The notes: a model not told the origin generated them from the sequence alone. Shown: positions 24,839 to 37,473, counted from the first letter of the whole stretch. The stretch: 63,818 bases of DNA, filler included, from Rhabdomonas costata (GCA_019059605.1; 31 parts of 31 records of this genome joined end to end with filler, not necessarily neighbours in it), one strand, 5' to 3'. Program-made: numbers and translations.

Positions 24839-26599
24839 GCTCCTGAATTGTGCTCCGAAGGTTCTCGAGCTCCGCAAGGCTGAGCTCGGAGGAAGACGCC
24901 GCTTCAGGGCCCTCGATTTCCATTTGGATCTCCTGCAGGACTTTCTTGTAGACCTGCACCTGTGTGCCACCGCACAGAAACAGAAATGGCTGCACAAGGG
25001 ATGCAAGGCAATACCCACACAGGGTTCAACTCAACCTTCCGTCTAAGTGGTCAATGCTTTTGTAGTAATGACCAATAAAACTAAAACCTCCACCCTCCAC
25101 CATCCGGGCCACTCTATTTTTTCTTTTATTGTCGCCAGTGCTGACGACGCTTCGCACCGTGTATACACTCCTTGTCCACACAGAGTTCTAATTCATACAA
25201 ATTCTTTTCTTTCCGAACCGCTCTTTGTCCCTTGGCACCACTGCAGAATTTGTTTGTCACGGCCCAGCGCTCTCCTGCTCCAGCAAGAAAACGCAAGCCC
25301 CCGAAGCACCAACACCTTCAGTACGCAGAGCAGTGAAGTGTGGGAGGGGCTTCACCTGCTGCTTTGCCTTCTGCGCCGCCGCGGGCAGAGCAGCCTCCAG
25401 AAGCTGGGGCTGGGGCAGCCCTGGGTCGGCGAACTCGGTCAGGCCCACCGCTAGACACAGCTCCGCCAGGCAGTCCCGCCACTTCCCCTCGCCGTGGGCC
25501 TCCTGAAGCGCAGACAACATTGTATACCATCCTCACTTCCTCCCTCTCGCCGCGCCGCCCAAGGCAAATGCAAAGAAAAAGGCGGTACCTCCCGCGCCAG
25601 AAGGTGCTTCATGCGCTTAACAAAGGAGCTCGATTCGCGCTTCGCAGATATCGCTGACGCTGGTGAGCTATTCCTTGGGGATTACGTTCGATAAATGCGA
25701 TGCAATAACGTGCGATGCAAGCGATGGCCTTAGCAAGTCAAAGTCTGGAAGAGGCAATCCGCAACGACAATATGCCGATATCGGTAATATGGCACCGTCA
25801 AGACCCAAAACCTGACCCCCTCCCCCATACACACACAGGCCCTGATGCGACCTCGAAACTACTGCTGGAGACAGGCAACAGAGGAACGAGTACCGAAGCA
25901 GGAGGGACTTCCGGCGAGATTTCCTCGAAGTCTTCCGAGGGGGAAGTGCCCGCCTTGTGAAATAGCAGACAGGCGAGGTAACCCAACAAAAATGACAGTG
26001 AAACAGGGCAGCTCAAGAAAAACGCACAAGTGCGAAAGACATCCCAAAAAATAAGCCGACGAAAGTCCGCCAATCCGCCCCCAACACCTCACCCTATCAT
26101 TGCCCATTGTCTTGCAGCCCAGCAGAGCAGATATGCCATTTGTGGTTCATTTACCGCACAAAGAATTTGGCGGAAAGCTCAGCACATTTTGGAAGGCGTG
26201 CCAGCGTTCAAGAGGGAAGTGAGACAGACAGTGGGGTCGTGGGGGAGGGGGGCAACGACGAGGGAGACAGTCTCTCTGACCTCCATAGTATCCCGCGAAG
26301 CAGCCCGCTCCCGTTGAAGCACCCCAATGTGTGCCTGAAGTTCCTGCCAAGTAAAAAAAACAGAATGCAAACGCCTATCATAGCTTTGCAAAGATCCCGC
26401 AGCGATCGATTTCTTCTTCCACAAAGCATATTTGGGAAAACGGAAAAGGCAAACATGATCATTGACAAACGCTTTCTGGCTAATGCTGCCAGGAATTTCC
26501 GCAGGGTGCATGCTAGCGAGTAGCGAGGCGACATACGTCGACTTGGCTCTGGAGCAGCGAGTGCTGCTGCTGCTGCTCGGTAGTTGCAGAGCTGCCAGC
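24839..26599 (-). CDS. Unknown helical/coiled-coil protein, several internal exons (~26599-26537, ~25953-25840, ~25502-25356, ~24959-24839)
   Basis: Exon-like GC3-rich blocks bounded by AG and GT, e.g. VQVYKKVLQEIQMEIEGPEAASSSELSLAELENLRSTIQEL. Confidence 0.45.
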
Positions 26600-26804
26600 C
26601 TGTTGTTGATGGTGTGGCGCACTATAGTTACGAGGTATGAAACACACAGAGCACAAAGATAAACCAAAAATAGAAAAGAAGAAGAAGAAAGACCCTAAAA
26701 CTGTNNNNNNNNNNNNNNNNNNNNNNNNNNNNNNNNNNNNNNNNNNNNTTAATTAATTAANNNNNNNNNNNNNNNNNNNNNNNNNNNNNNNNNNNNNNNN
26801 NNNN

Positions 26805-26931
26805 CGATCGCGTGCTTCGCTTTAAGCCCCAGCCACGCGTTCCCTTGAATGCTGAACACTCGAAGATGGTCGGAATGAAAGGGCTGCTTCTCCAGCACAA
26901 ACGCGTTGAACCACTCCCGAATGTACGGGGA
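26805..26931. repeat. 127-bp exact terminal direct repeat (identical to 28641-28767)
   Basis: Base-for-base identity. The period is 1836 bp = 612 codons. Confidence 0.97.
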
Positions 26932-28767
26932 CACCTGTGGAAGCAGCTGGCTTTGGTGCCGTACATCAAGCTTGCTGAACCCCGCTACAGTGCGAAAGCA
27001 CTGGCTAGCTCCACAGTTGCAGGAGAAGGGTGTGCTCATGAACAGTTCTGAATGCAAGTAGTTGAACGTCAGCTCCTCACCTGAAGACACATCCCGACGC
27101 AGTACCATGGTCCACACTCGGAAGTCAAACTCCACGTTGGGGTCACAAGAGTGGTTCATGTACCGCGCTGCTCGGCCAAAGGTATTGAAGTACTGACCCT
27201 CCTGCTTCGTGATGGCGTACGTGTCATTGTTGGACTGCAACGGCATGCTGCTAAGATCGCACACAATCTCACCTTCCTTTAGATCACGGGCTGCGACAAG
27301 ACGTTTAAAGCCGTCGGATTCCGAGACTACAAGTCGATCATCGTTCAGTGTGCACCAGCTTTGGAGATACGGCGAAACTTTGGGGAGCAATTCTTCCTTC
27401 TGAGCAGCAGTCAGCTTCAAAAATCCCCCGACTTTTCCATAGCACCGCGACGATCCGCATTGGCAATCAAACGGCTGCGAGACAATGTACTCTGTGCACA
27501 AATAGTTGAAGGTCAGCTCTTCTCCAGGAGTGACGTCTCGGGTGGTTGGGAGGCACCAATCATCGAAAGTCACCGCGACATTCGGCTCACAAGAGTGGTT
27601 CAGGTACCGGCTGGCAGAACACTCCGTGCTGATGAACTCCTCACTGCCTTTCGTGATGCAGAATACGTCGTTCCGGCTCTTAACGGGCTGCAGGCTCAGG
27701 TCAAACAGAACCGTCGATTGCGGAATGCCAACTTTGGCCTGAAGGCCAAGCCACTCGATGCCATGAATGGGAACAACCTTCACTTGTTCCGTGGAGAAAG
27801 GCTGCTTCTCAACCACGTAGGTGTTAAACCACCGGCGGATGTATGGCGCCACTGCATGGAGCAGGCGACCGCGGCGAGCGTCGTCCAGGCCACGAAATCC
27901 TGCAATCTTGCCGTGGCACTCTGCACTCCCACACTGGCACTGAAAGGGATTCGCCATCTCAAGCTCACTCGTAAGGTAGTTGAACGTCAGCTCCTCCCCA
28001 GCGTCGACAGCTCGGGTCGTCACCATCGTCCAGTTCGAGAAGTCAAACTCAACGTTGGGCTCACAGGAGTGGTTCATGTACCTTGCCGCTCGGCCGAAGG
28101 TGTTGAAATATTGCCCCTCCTCCTTCGTAATCGCGTAAACGTCATTCTGTGCCTGCAGGGGCATCGAGCTCAGGTCGCAGACAACAGCCCCTTTCGGAAT
28201 CGCACATGTCGTCTGCAAGCATTTGAACTCGCCGTGTTGGCCAACACAGAGTCTGCTGTCGTTGAGCGTACACCAGCTTTGCAGGTACGGCGAGACCTGG
28301 GGAAGAAGCTTCTCCTTCTGAGCCGCTGGAAGTTTGACAAACCCGGCGATCTGGCCGTGGCACTCCTGGCTTCCGCAGCAACACGGAAAGGGCTGCGCCA
28401 TTGTGTATTCTGTGGTGAGGTAGTTGAAGGTCACCTCTTCGCCATCTTTCACATCCCGAATGGCTCGCATCGTCCAATCCTCAAAGCAGACTGCCACGTT
28501 CGGATCACAAGAGTGGTTGAAATACCGGCAAATCGAGTTCTCCGTGCTGATGAACTGACCCTCACTCTTGGTAATGCTGTACAAGTTGTTTTGGCTCTCC
28601 AAGGGCTGCGCTTTGAGATCCACCAGCACTGTCCCTGCGCCGATCGCGTGCTTCGCTTTAAGCCCCAGCCACGCGTTCCCTTGAATGCTGAACACTCGAA
28701 GATGGTCGGAATGAAAGGGCTGCTTCTCCAGCACAAACGCGTTGAACCACTCCCGAATGTACGGGGA
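26805..28767 (-). CDS. Intron-free poly-SET-domain protein (lysine methyltransferase-like), four SET+post-SET units, open at both ends
   Basis: Four RY.NHSC.PN motifs (NHSC at 28518-28507, 28074-28063, 27600-27589, 27156-27145). Each is followed by GEE(L/V)TFNY and a post-SET F.C.CG...C. No stop codon anywhere in the contig. Confidence 0.95.
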
Positions 28768-29198
28768 NNNNNNNNNNNNNNNNNNNNNNNNNNNNNNNNN
28801 NNNNNNNNNNNTTAATTAATTAANNNNNNNNNNNNNNNNNNNNNNNNNNNNNNNNNNNNNNNNNNNNTTGTGTGCTTGTGCAGTGGTGGTGGGGGGGGTG
28901 AAATGGGATTTTAGCGGTGTCTGGTTTGCTGGAATTGTTTACGCGGACATCTGAGCAGTGGCTCATTGGCTGTGGGTACGCGGTGGAATGACGAAGACGA
29001 TGAGATTGTAATGAGATTGTAAAATGAATGAGAGCTGGGTACTTTGCGGGGGTGTTTTCTGTGACCGTGCTTCGGCATGTACGGAGTAACGGAGGCAAAC
29101 GTGCGTGCGTGTGTGTCTTTGTTGATCAGTGTATGATACGCTTCGCCACTGATGCTCTGACACCCTATGGGTATAAATTGGGTCGGCGTATGCTTCAG

Positions 29199-30476
29199 GG
29201 CTACAGCTCAGTAGCGAAGAACTTCGAGAAATGGAGCAGCTGCTTCCCAGGTGTAGTGGATGTGTGTCCAACTGCAACTGCGTGTGCTTTCGCACCTCCC
29301 GCTTGCCTGCCACTCTCCGATCCCTGAGAGACGACTGAGGTCAAGGGGCATTGTGTCGGAAGTAACTGCACTCCACTCATGGAGAGAGTAAGGTGTTGTA
29401 ACGGACGCGGCTGTTCTGCTCTGGCGGCTGTCACATTTAAAATACTCGCGGTGCTCTTCTCTCACTTACAATGTGTCATTTGTTTCCAACCTATGTAAAC
29501 TTTGTTGGATTGGAGAAATCAGAAGCAGGTCCATCCGCCAAAGCCTCGCTTTGCTCAATGTCTCCAGATCTGGGGGGGGGGGTTCGTTCACAGGCGGGCC
29601 GGTTGTAGGCAGCAGCTGTTTTATCCCCACAAAGATCTTCGGCCGCAATGAGCGTGACGGGCACACGGTCGCCTCCTTCCTCAGAGAATTTCCCGGTGGC
29701 CGCTGCCCCTACCGACACAAACGCATCTTCACCGTCTCGCTCACAGTGGGCCGAGCGCACACACCCACACAAACAGTCTATCAAATATAATGTCATTGCA
29801 GGATGTTGAGAAAGAAAGGTTCTCAAAAAATGGCCTTTCAGGCAGGGCTCCCGCCCAAATCTCAAAGTAATGTCTCGCTGAATGGACTCAGAAACAAATA
29901 ATGCCGGGGCAGGACGGGGTGGCACATGTGTGGAGAGATTTCCATTTCTCTCACCCTGCAAGGACCTCCGCCCTACCCCCGATGGACGTGCTGCCTTCGT
30001 GCAAACCAGTCTCGTCTCTAGCAACCACAACCGCACCGGAAAACCTGAATGGCGCGCAAATTTGGGCGAATTTTTACCTGGATTTTGTCGCCTTCTGAAA
30101 AGGGAGTGAGGGGGTGATCCGGTACCGGTGTGTCCGTGCGACCGTGCAAAGCGAACCCAAGGGCACGCGCTTCCTTTCTGGTATATCAGACAACACCACG
30201 AACTGAGAATTTTTAACATGGCGAATTATGGCACGTGCCGAACTTTCAGAGTTACAAAAACGGAAACCAGGGAATGTATTCTGTAGTGCATCACCCATCA
30301 GCCTACCGTGCCTCTGTGGTTTCTCTCTTCTCGTGGTGCATCGTCGCATAGGAAGGTGCGTGAATATGTGCTCAGGAGTGGGGCTGATCATTGACCTCAG
30401 CATGGATGAGAGTCCCTACTCCGTTGACCCCTCTCTCGATGTCGAGTACCACAAGTTATGCTGCGTTGCCAAGAAA
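29199..30476 (+). CDS. Cysteine-type dual-specificity / RNA 5'-phosphatase-like protein (DUSP11/PIR1 or capping-enzyme triphosphatase type), partial; exons 29199-29250, 29594-29695, 30376-30476
   Basis: Spliced product GYSSVAKNFEKWSSCFPGGPVVGSSCFIPTKIFGRNERDGHTVASFLREFPGVGLIIDLSMDESPYSVDPSLDVEYHKLCCVAKK matches the N-terminal half of this domain (W...G..V....FIP.K; VGLIIDL; VEY.K). The catalytic HCx5R motif is not in the contig. Confidence 0.75.
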
Positions 30477-30572
30477 GTCTCTGCGGCTCTGCTTTCCATC
30501 TCCCCCGCCTTCACTTCTTAATTTCCTATCGTTGCTGCATCAGCACAACGCCGCAACGCAAGTATAGAGTGA

Positions 30573-30820
30573 TGTGCTGGCACGGCAACGGCAGGTAGCC
30601 GCTGTATTTAGCTGCGCGACAATGGCCCGGGACCTGTGGGGCTGAAGGGAGGTTACCAGATGTGGAACGTCCGGCGGTTCCGGTTCCCCGCGGCACCGTT
30701 CGCTCCAACGGCACCTCTCGCGAGCACCCTTGGCCAACAGCGCGTGCGCCCGTCAGTCCACAGTGGTCACCAACAACCAAGCAACCAAGCAACCAGGCAA
30801 CAGACAGCGCGCCAACACAC
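30573..30820 (+). repeat. Dispersed repeat family, copy 2 (downstream of the phosphatase exon's GT donor, presumably intronic)
   Basis: Colinear similarity to 5162-5550. Confidence 0.88.
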
Positions 30821-32751
30821 TCTCACACCCCACNNNNNNNNNNNNNNNNNNNNNNNNNNNNNNNNNNNNNNNNNNNNTTAATTAATTAANNNNNNNNNNN
30901 NNNNNNNNNNNNNNNNNNNNNNNNNNNNNNNNNTGTTTTCTTTCCCCTCCATCGAAGGTGGGGAAAGAGAACGCCAGGCTTCCCGAAAAAAGTTACCCTG
31001 GCCCAGTGCGCAAAGTGTGGGTGGTCCTGGTTGGGTGGATCTAGCATCGCCTTTGTTATTACTCCTCAGCTAGACCAATTGTTAGACCGAGATATGAGCT
31101 GTTTTTGGTGTCCTTACACACAACTCAGTGTGCTGTGAGGTAGGCGAGCAGGGCTCGGTGAGACCTTGTGTGTGTGTGTGTGTGTGTGTGAGCCATTGCC
31201 GCGCTAGTGCATCTCCATGCCAAATTCCTGAAGTGGTTTCTCCAAAAAACCCTATACGAGGACTCCAGTAACTTCTTTGTGGGTCGTTTGTGTCCGCCTT
31301 CTTAAGAATAGTTTTGTTCTGGTGAACCTCCTCCTCTCCCCCCCCCCCTACCCCGATCATTCAGTGTCTTTTGTACCACGTTTTGTGATGACATGCCGGG
31401 GTTTGCGCTGCAATTCTTTGACGTTCAAAATTAATATCCCCAGCAGGCATCCGCCCTCCATTTGGCTTCTTCTCTCTCCACTGCGGAAGGGTGATCGCCC
31501 TAAATTTGCGCCTCACTGCACCTTTTACACTGTCAAGCGCTTCGCTCCTCCTTAGGGTTCCAGAGGATCGATCCCGCATCCCTCTCCGAGCTCTACTGCT
31601 CCCGTATCATAGGATGCCTCTTGTTCCTCCTCTTCCTGCTCCTCTGCCTCATCGTCGTCTCTGAGCCATCGCGGTGAGGGAGTGCAGCGTCCTGGACTGG
31701 TGGATGCCCCTCATGGACGTGGTCCCTTCGCAGGGCAGGGCAGGCAGTACGCTACAGCGATCACTGCGGAGGTGTTTGTGTGGTGGGGCGTGTCCCAAAC
31801 TAACTATGGTGTACGTGCGCAGAGATATAAACGCAAGGTTGCCAATTCCATTTCCCCACCCAGTGGCTACGACGACCTTGATTACCTATGTATGTACCGA
31901 CGTGATTACCCACTACTCAGCTACACGGCGTCTGAGTACCTGGAAAGGAGTCTACCTACCTCTTCGTAATGTGGCTCATCATCTTCGCTGCTCAACAAAT
32001 GTTGGTTGTCTCTGTCCGTTTCTGGTCCTCACCTCACCTTCAAGCAGCGCTCAACAATCTTTACTTTTTTTCGTTCAGGTTAGAGTCTTCCCTCACAGCA
32101 CTGTTATCAGTTCACAGTTTCGCTCTCCCGTTCGGTCTTTCCTAGAGAGTACTCCCATGCCTCTTGCGCAAGCTTCACACCTCAATTCAGCCACCCACCC
32201 GTTCGCTCGCTCGCTCACACCATCCACAATTACCACTGCCCCCCCTCCTCGTACACGTACATGTCTTCCTTCGCATCCTCCTCCTCCCCTTCCTTGTTTC
32301 AAGTGTCAACCTTTTGCAACTTTTCCAGCGCTGCGCTGTGGCTTTGTTCAGTTCAAAAAAAAAAGCAATCTTACCCGACCCTTGAAATAGAATGGTTCCA
32401 ACTCTCTTATCATTTGCAGCGTCCACCGGCCAAAGCTTTCCGGGTCTTTCGGGAAGCAGCACTGCTGGACACTGCATGGCAGAATATTCCATTTTGGAAG
32501 TTGGAAAGCCTGCTTGGTATGTTCCGCCTTCACGCCTTGCATAAGTGTGGTCCTGCCCCTGTTGTTGGAGGTGGGGTGTGTGGGGAGTAACCACGTTCAT
32601 GTAAGAGGGTCTTGTGCCCGTCACCAGAGGTCCGAAACCCAATGTCCCCGTCCAATGCAAGAATATATTTAAGCTAACCTACGCAGCCATGCTGCGTCGC
32701 AGCGATATGGGTATGGTACATGTTAGCACTGAAATCTCCCGATCGTAACAT

Positions 32752-32870
32752 CCACACACACACACACACACACACACACCAGCGCCAGTCAGTCCCCAGT
32801 GGTCACCACCAACCAGTCAACCAGTCAACCAGGCAACAGCCAGCGCGCAATGCGCCCAACACACACACAC
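32752..32870 (+). repeat. (CA)n tract followed by dispersed repeat family copy 3 (3' fragment, 32781-32870)
   Basis: gtcagtccccagtggtcacca...cagcgcgcaatgcgcccaacacac matches the end of copy 1. Confidence 0.8.
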
Positions 32871-35390
32871 CAGCACATTAAGCCAACGAACTGGGGAGCC
32901 NNNNNNNNNNNNNNNNNNNNNNNNNNNNNNNNNNNNNNNNNNNNTTAATTAATTAANNNNNNNNNNNNNNNNNNNNNNNNNNNNNNNNNNNNNNNNNNNN
33001 GTGTTGTTTGCCTCCCGAATATTGGCAGGGGTTGCCCATCCTGAAGCGGGAGGTGGGACATGATCTTTGCTGCTTTTAATGCGAAACATGATTCTAGATA
33101 TCGCTTTCTTTGTTTAAATGGGTTTTGGGCTGGGGAATTTAGGCAGTTTTCTCAACTCCGGGGACGCCCATGTGGAGGACGAAGGTCTGCGAGTTTGCTT
33201 TGGATTGCAGCAAGAATCATTTATTGAGAATATTTCGTGGGATGCAGCCGGTGGGCTCTTCGTGTTCTTCGCCTTCTCGTATTGCAAGTCTCGTCTGGTT
33301 GTTCTCTCCTTTCCTCAGCGGCGCCAAAGGATGGAGATCTGACTTCCGAGGCAGGTGTGTCCCCGCTTTTGTGCAAAAAAAAAGCATCGCCAAGAATCTG
33401 TAGTGGCCCTGTGGTCGATGGTAGTCGCCATAGTGATCAAAGACACAATGAATTATGCTAGGAGTGCACCTTTGCTCCGCTGGCTGTATGTTATGGAGAG
33501 GGACGGAGAGAGATCGAGAGAGCAGAGGCACAAAAGTGGGGGTGCAATCAAGCAAAGCGAAGGCAAGTTTCGCCCCTGGGGTGCGGAAAGGGGATGTGAG
33601 GTGTTCCGGAGAAAGGAACGGAACAGAATTCCAGTGTCTTTCCAGTGTCTTCCTTCGTCAGCGGGCATCAGTCGCATCACACATAAATGGGGTTCCGTCT
33701 GCTGCTCACTATCTTGCAGCCTGGATAGTGATCACTATCCTTGGATAGCGGGGAGGTTTACCAAACAGATTAAACCCCTCTTATTGCTGCGCTATTCCTA
33801 TGGTCTCTCATAATGTGCATGTGTGACGTTACTCTGTGCATATGTGATGGGGTTGGGTGATGTGTTTGTATCAACCTTTGCCGATCTCTGCTCATCAATC
33901 TGTGGATCCGGTTGTTGTGGTGAAGGTATCTTGTGTGCCTATGGTCTCCTATGTCATGAGGTCTTTTGGTTTTACGGAGTTTGTAAGTGCATTCTTCGTC
34001 GCTAGCCCCGTTGAGAGAGGAGTCCAGCACGCCAGAAGCCTAACACGTTGTACAGCCATCCGAGTGTAGCAGATCACAGACAGCAGCACTTTCACCCATT
34101 AATATACAGGGGGGGGGGTCACCCAACTGATTAATCCCCACAAATGGTACTTTCAGACCCCATGGCTCTCCTGACTGCTTGACTCATCCGCGCACAACAC
34201 AGAAAACGGGAAGAGCTGCATGGGGGGGGGGACTATTTTGAAAGTTATCACTGTACAAGGCGGACATAGGATATTATTCAATTTGGATGGTGCAATGGAT
34301 TGCTTAAAAATGGGTGCTGGGTGGGTGAGTGGGGGGTGGCGTACGTTTCGAAGCATTTTGAAAAGAAGAAAAGCAACCCACACAGCCGATCGTCTCGCAT
34401 CTCAACAAACGCTTCACGTTTCGCATTGAGCACCGCTTCACCCACCCACCCACACGTACGCGTACACGTCCAGACACAGTGAGCGCCCCTGGACTCTGGA
34501 AGCATGGAAGCAGACCATCTCCTCACGTTCATCCAGCAATATGGGGCAATAAAGCACGCACGCAGAAGCCCACAAACTCGCTCACAAGCCACCTTAAAGA
34601 GTGTGGAGGCCACTGCTCTTTCCCCACCACTGCCTGTTCCCATTCCCAAACCCGACCGCCCCAACATTCATATGATGCTGAAAGTGCAGGGGGGGGGGGC
34701 GTTACATGATCGCGAGCAAATGTAATTGACAGGTCAGAAATGACGGCATCGAAGAAGGCCCGAGAATTGAGTGCACGCATCTGCGTGTTTGTGTTTTGTC
34801 TGAGTTACTCAACTCACCAAAATACGCACGTACAAACATGCGAAAATCCGTTTTGTCAAAAAAAAAACCAAAGGAAAAAAGTGCGAATCAAGGCAAAGGC
34901 GCGCTAAACACCGCACGTCTTACAAAACACCGCTCCACAGCCCAAACCGTCAAACAACTTCTNNNNNNNNNNNNNNNNNNNNNNNNNNNNNNNNNNNNNN
35001 NNNNNNTTAATTAATTAANNNNNNNNNNNNNNNNNNNNNNNNNNNNNNNNNNNNNNNNNNNNGGGGTGTGTGGGCAGAGGAGTTGTTGGCTTCTTGTCCC
35101 CACTTGCTCTCTTCCCACAGGAGCCCGTCGCATTCTCCTTGGAAGAGCAGACATCTCTCGAGCTTGTGAGCTCGGGCGGGATCATATTTCTGCAGCTTCC
35201 GGTGCCTTACCATGGCTTCGGTTCCACTGGTTCTGACATCCAGAACCAAACACAAGGAAGGAAGGCCACCTTCATACTCACAATTAGGCACCGCGCCAGT
35301 GAGGGTATGTTTCCTTGCTCCGAACTTGGCTTGAGGGACGTGAGACAACCCAACGGCAAAAGGAAGAGGGAAGAGGGAGGTATCCCATAC

Positions 35391-36698
35391 GCGTGCTCCC
35401 CGATATCGACTCTGTCAATGCACCCCGTCTTCCCATCCACGAAGTAAACATGCCCGTCGTGCGAGGGTACAACAATGTGCAGCCCATCTGGCAGAAAGCA
35501 ACAAATACAAGAGTCTGACCCCGTTCCTCAACCTCTTAAGGAGCAAACAGCACCCACTATCAAAAGGACACAACATACAAATGCTCTCCGGCCACATCGA
35601 GTCAACTTGTGTTTCATCTCTGGATGCAATTGTTTTGGCTAAGACTCAGCCGGGAGATTAATTACAATATTAAGGTGCTGACAATTGGACATCTGGGTCG
35701 ACCTGAGGCAGCCTCGCATTCACACCCACATCGTTTGCAAAAGGCATACATTCGTTTGCAGCTCGATCCCCTCCAGGTGGCTTATAATCGATTCTCCCGC
35801 CTCCCTCCATCTTCAACCAGGCGGAGGCAAGAGGTGGTTATTCACATGCCTCACTGGCAACCGCATTTTGATGGGCGCCTGACCTTCTGCAATCGCCCCA
35901 GCGCAACCCCTTCTTGAGAATGCCCCTGTCTGCCGGCTTTGTGCTCTCCTCCTCCATCTTTTTCCGCTGGGCATCGCTCTGCTTGCTCCTCTTTCTCGCA
36001 CGATCAGCGTTTCTCACACGATCACTCACTCACTTACTCACCGTGAGTGAGGTGAAGCAGGTGGTTGATCGGGTGATGCGCGGGGAGCTTCCGGGTGACC
36101 GTGTTGTTGAGGTTCACCAGAAGAGCCGGTGCGTAGATCGGTCCACCTGTCCTCACGGGAAACATCGGCAGGGTATCCCCGGTCTTGCCGTTCCTGAGCA
36201 CGCATCCACCACCCTACACATATAATCACATATAATCATATAATCACTAACCACGCAAACACAACGCCCAGGAGGCAAGGATTACCTCATTATGGCACCC
36301 GACAGCTTCGGTCTGAAGGCATTTTTAGAACCATGTTGGGTCTTTTAGACGCTTTCTTGTCTCAATATGGAGCGAAGGTCGTTTTGGGGCCTTTGTAGGC
36401 CTGTGCGTGGTGCGCGTATATGTCGCATCATCATACGCATGCAATGCGTCCATTCTCTGAGCACACCGCACCATGACGCTTTCCCTCTTCTCCGGTTGAG
36501 AGCCTTACTTCAGGCAATGTTGACTTCTGCGTGTGGTGGGTGTGCGAGTGCGTGTGCGAGTGCGAATGCGAGTGCGTGTGCGTGTGCGTGAGCGCGCGCG
36601 CGTGCGTGTGCGGCATACAAGGCCCAAATGTGGCCGGTACTGGTACCAATCACAAGGTCCAGGCTTCCGTCCCCATTCACGTCCCCGAAGGACATTGC
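35391..36698 (-). CDS. DEX1-like (defective in exine formation 1) FG-GAP repeat protein, partial; exons 36698-36619, 36193-36042, 35487-35391
   Basis: Spliced product AMSFGDVNGDGSLDLVIGTSTGHIWALNGKTGDTLPMFPVRTGGPIYAPALLVNL...GLHIVVPSHDGHVYFVDGKTGCIDRVDIGEH is colinear with the plant DEX1 C-terminal region. Confidence 0.85.
36538..36612. repeat. Intronic (GCGTGT/GCGAGT)n low-complexity repeat
   Basis: Seen directly. Confidence 0.85.
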
Positions 36699-37412
36699 CT
36701 GCGGGAAAACATGAGGACATGAGAAGGCTTTCATGTCGCCTTCACCAGCTCTCGGGGAGAACAGACAAACCAAACAAGCACAAGAATCAGAATTGGCAGA
36801 ACTCAGACCGAATGCAGGTCTTTTCTGCAGGTCAGTAGGGATGCGATAAAAGTAGCAGGCAAAAGCCCCAAAACAAATTATCCTTGCAGAGTTTTAAAGC
36901 CTTCAATTCCAAAAAGCGCTCCCTGGCACAACCCGGTGCCAGAAAGAAGTACTTCTGTGGATCAGTGCAGGTCGGGCGGCTAAAAAGACGATACCAGCCT
37001 GCAATAAGGTATTCCAAAACAAACNNNNNNNNNNNNNNNNNNNNNNNNNNNNNNNNNNNNNNNNNNNNTTAATTAATTAANNNNNNNNNNNNNNNNNNNN
37101 NNNNNNNNNNNNNNNNNNNNNNNNAGCTTTCCAAGATGTCTGGGCTTCAAGGTTGGGATTTGACCTCGCTTCAATTCTTTGACTTGAAAAAGGACCAGTT
37201 TCATTAAGAAGGAAGGAGGGGCCGGTAAAGGCATCTCCGACCATGTGGATGGTGTATGCGCAGGCTGTTTGAGTCGCGCAGAGGAGCTAGACCGCGCTCA
37301 GCCAAGGGGCGGGTGAAAACACGGAGTTTCCACCTTCTGTGTGCTTCGGCGTGTTCGAGCGCTCGTGGAGCAGTGAGGGGAGGGGAATGGAAACGGAAGC
37401 TCGTGCGCATAC

Positions 37413-37473
37413 CTCCATCATCATCGTCGGCCCAGCTCAGAATTTCATGAGGATTCTTCGTAGACTTCGACAT
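37413..37473 (-). CDS. Probable first coding exon (MSKSTKNPHEILSWADDDDG) of an unidentified gene
   Basis: ATG follows a pyrimidine tract plus AG (possible trans-splice acceptor at ~37517). The exon ends at G|GTATGC. Confidence 0.4.

Noticed and set aside
27361-28815. 484-aa plus-strand ORF
   Set aside because: Antisense shadow of the SET ORF with no motifs.
31550-34730. Exon-like blocks in the contigs starting at 30934 and 33001
   Set aside because: I could not fix a consistent frame, strand or family.
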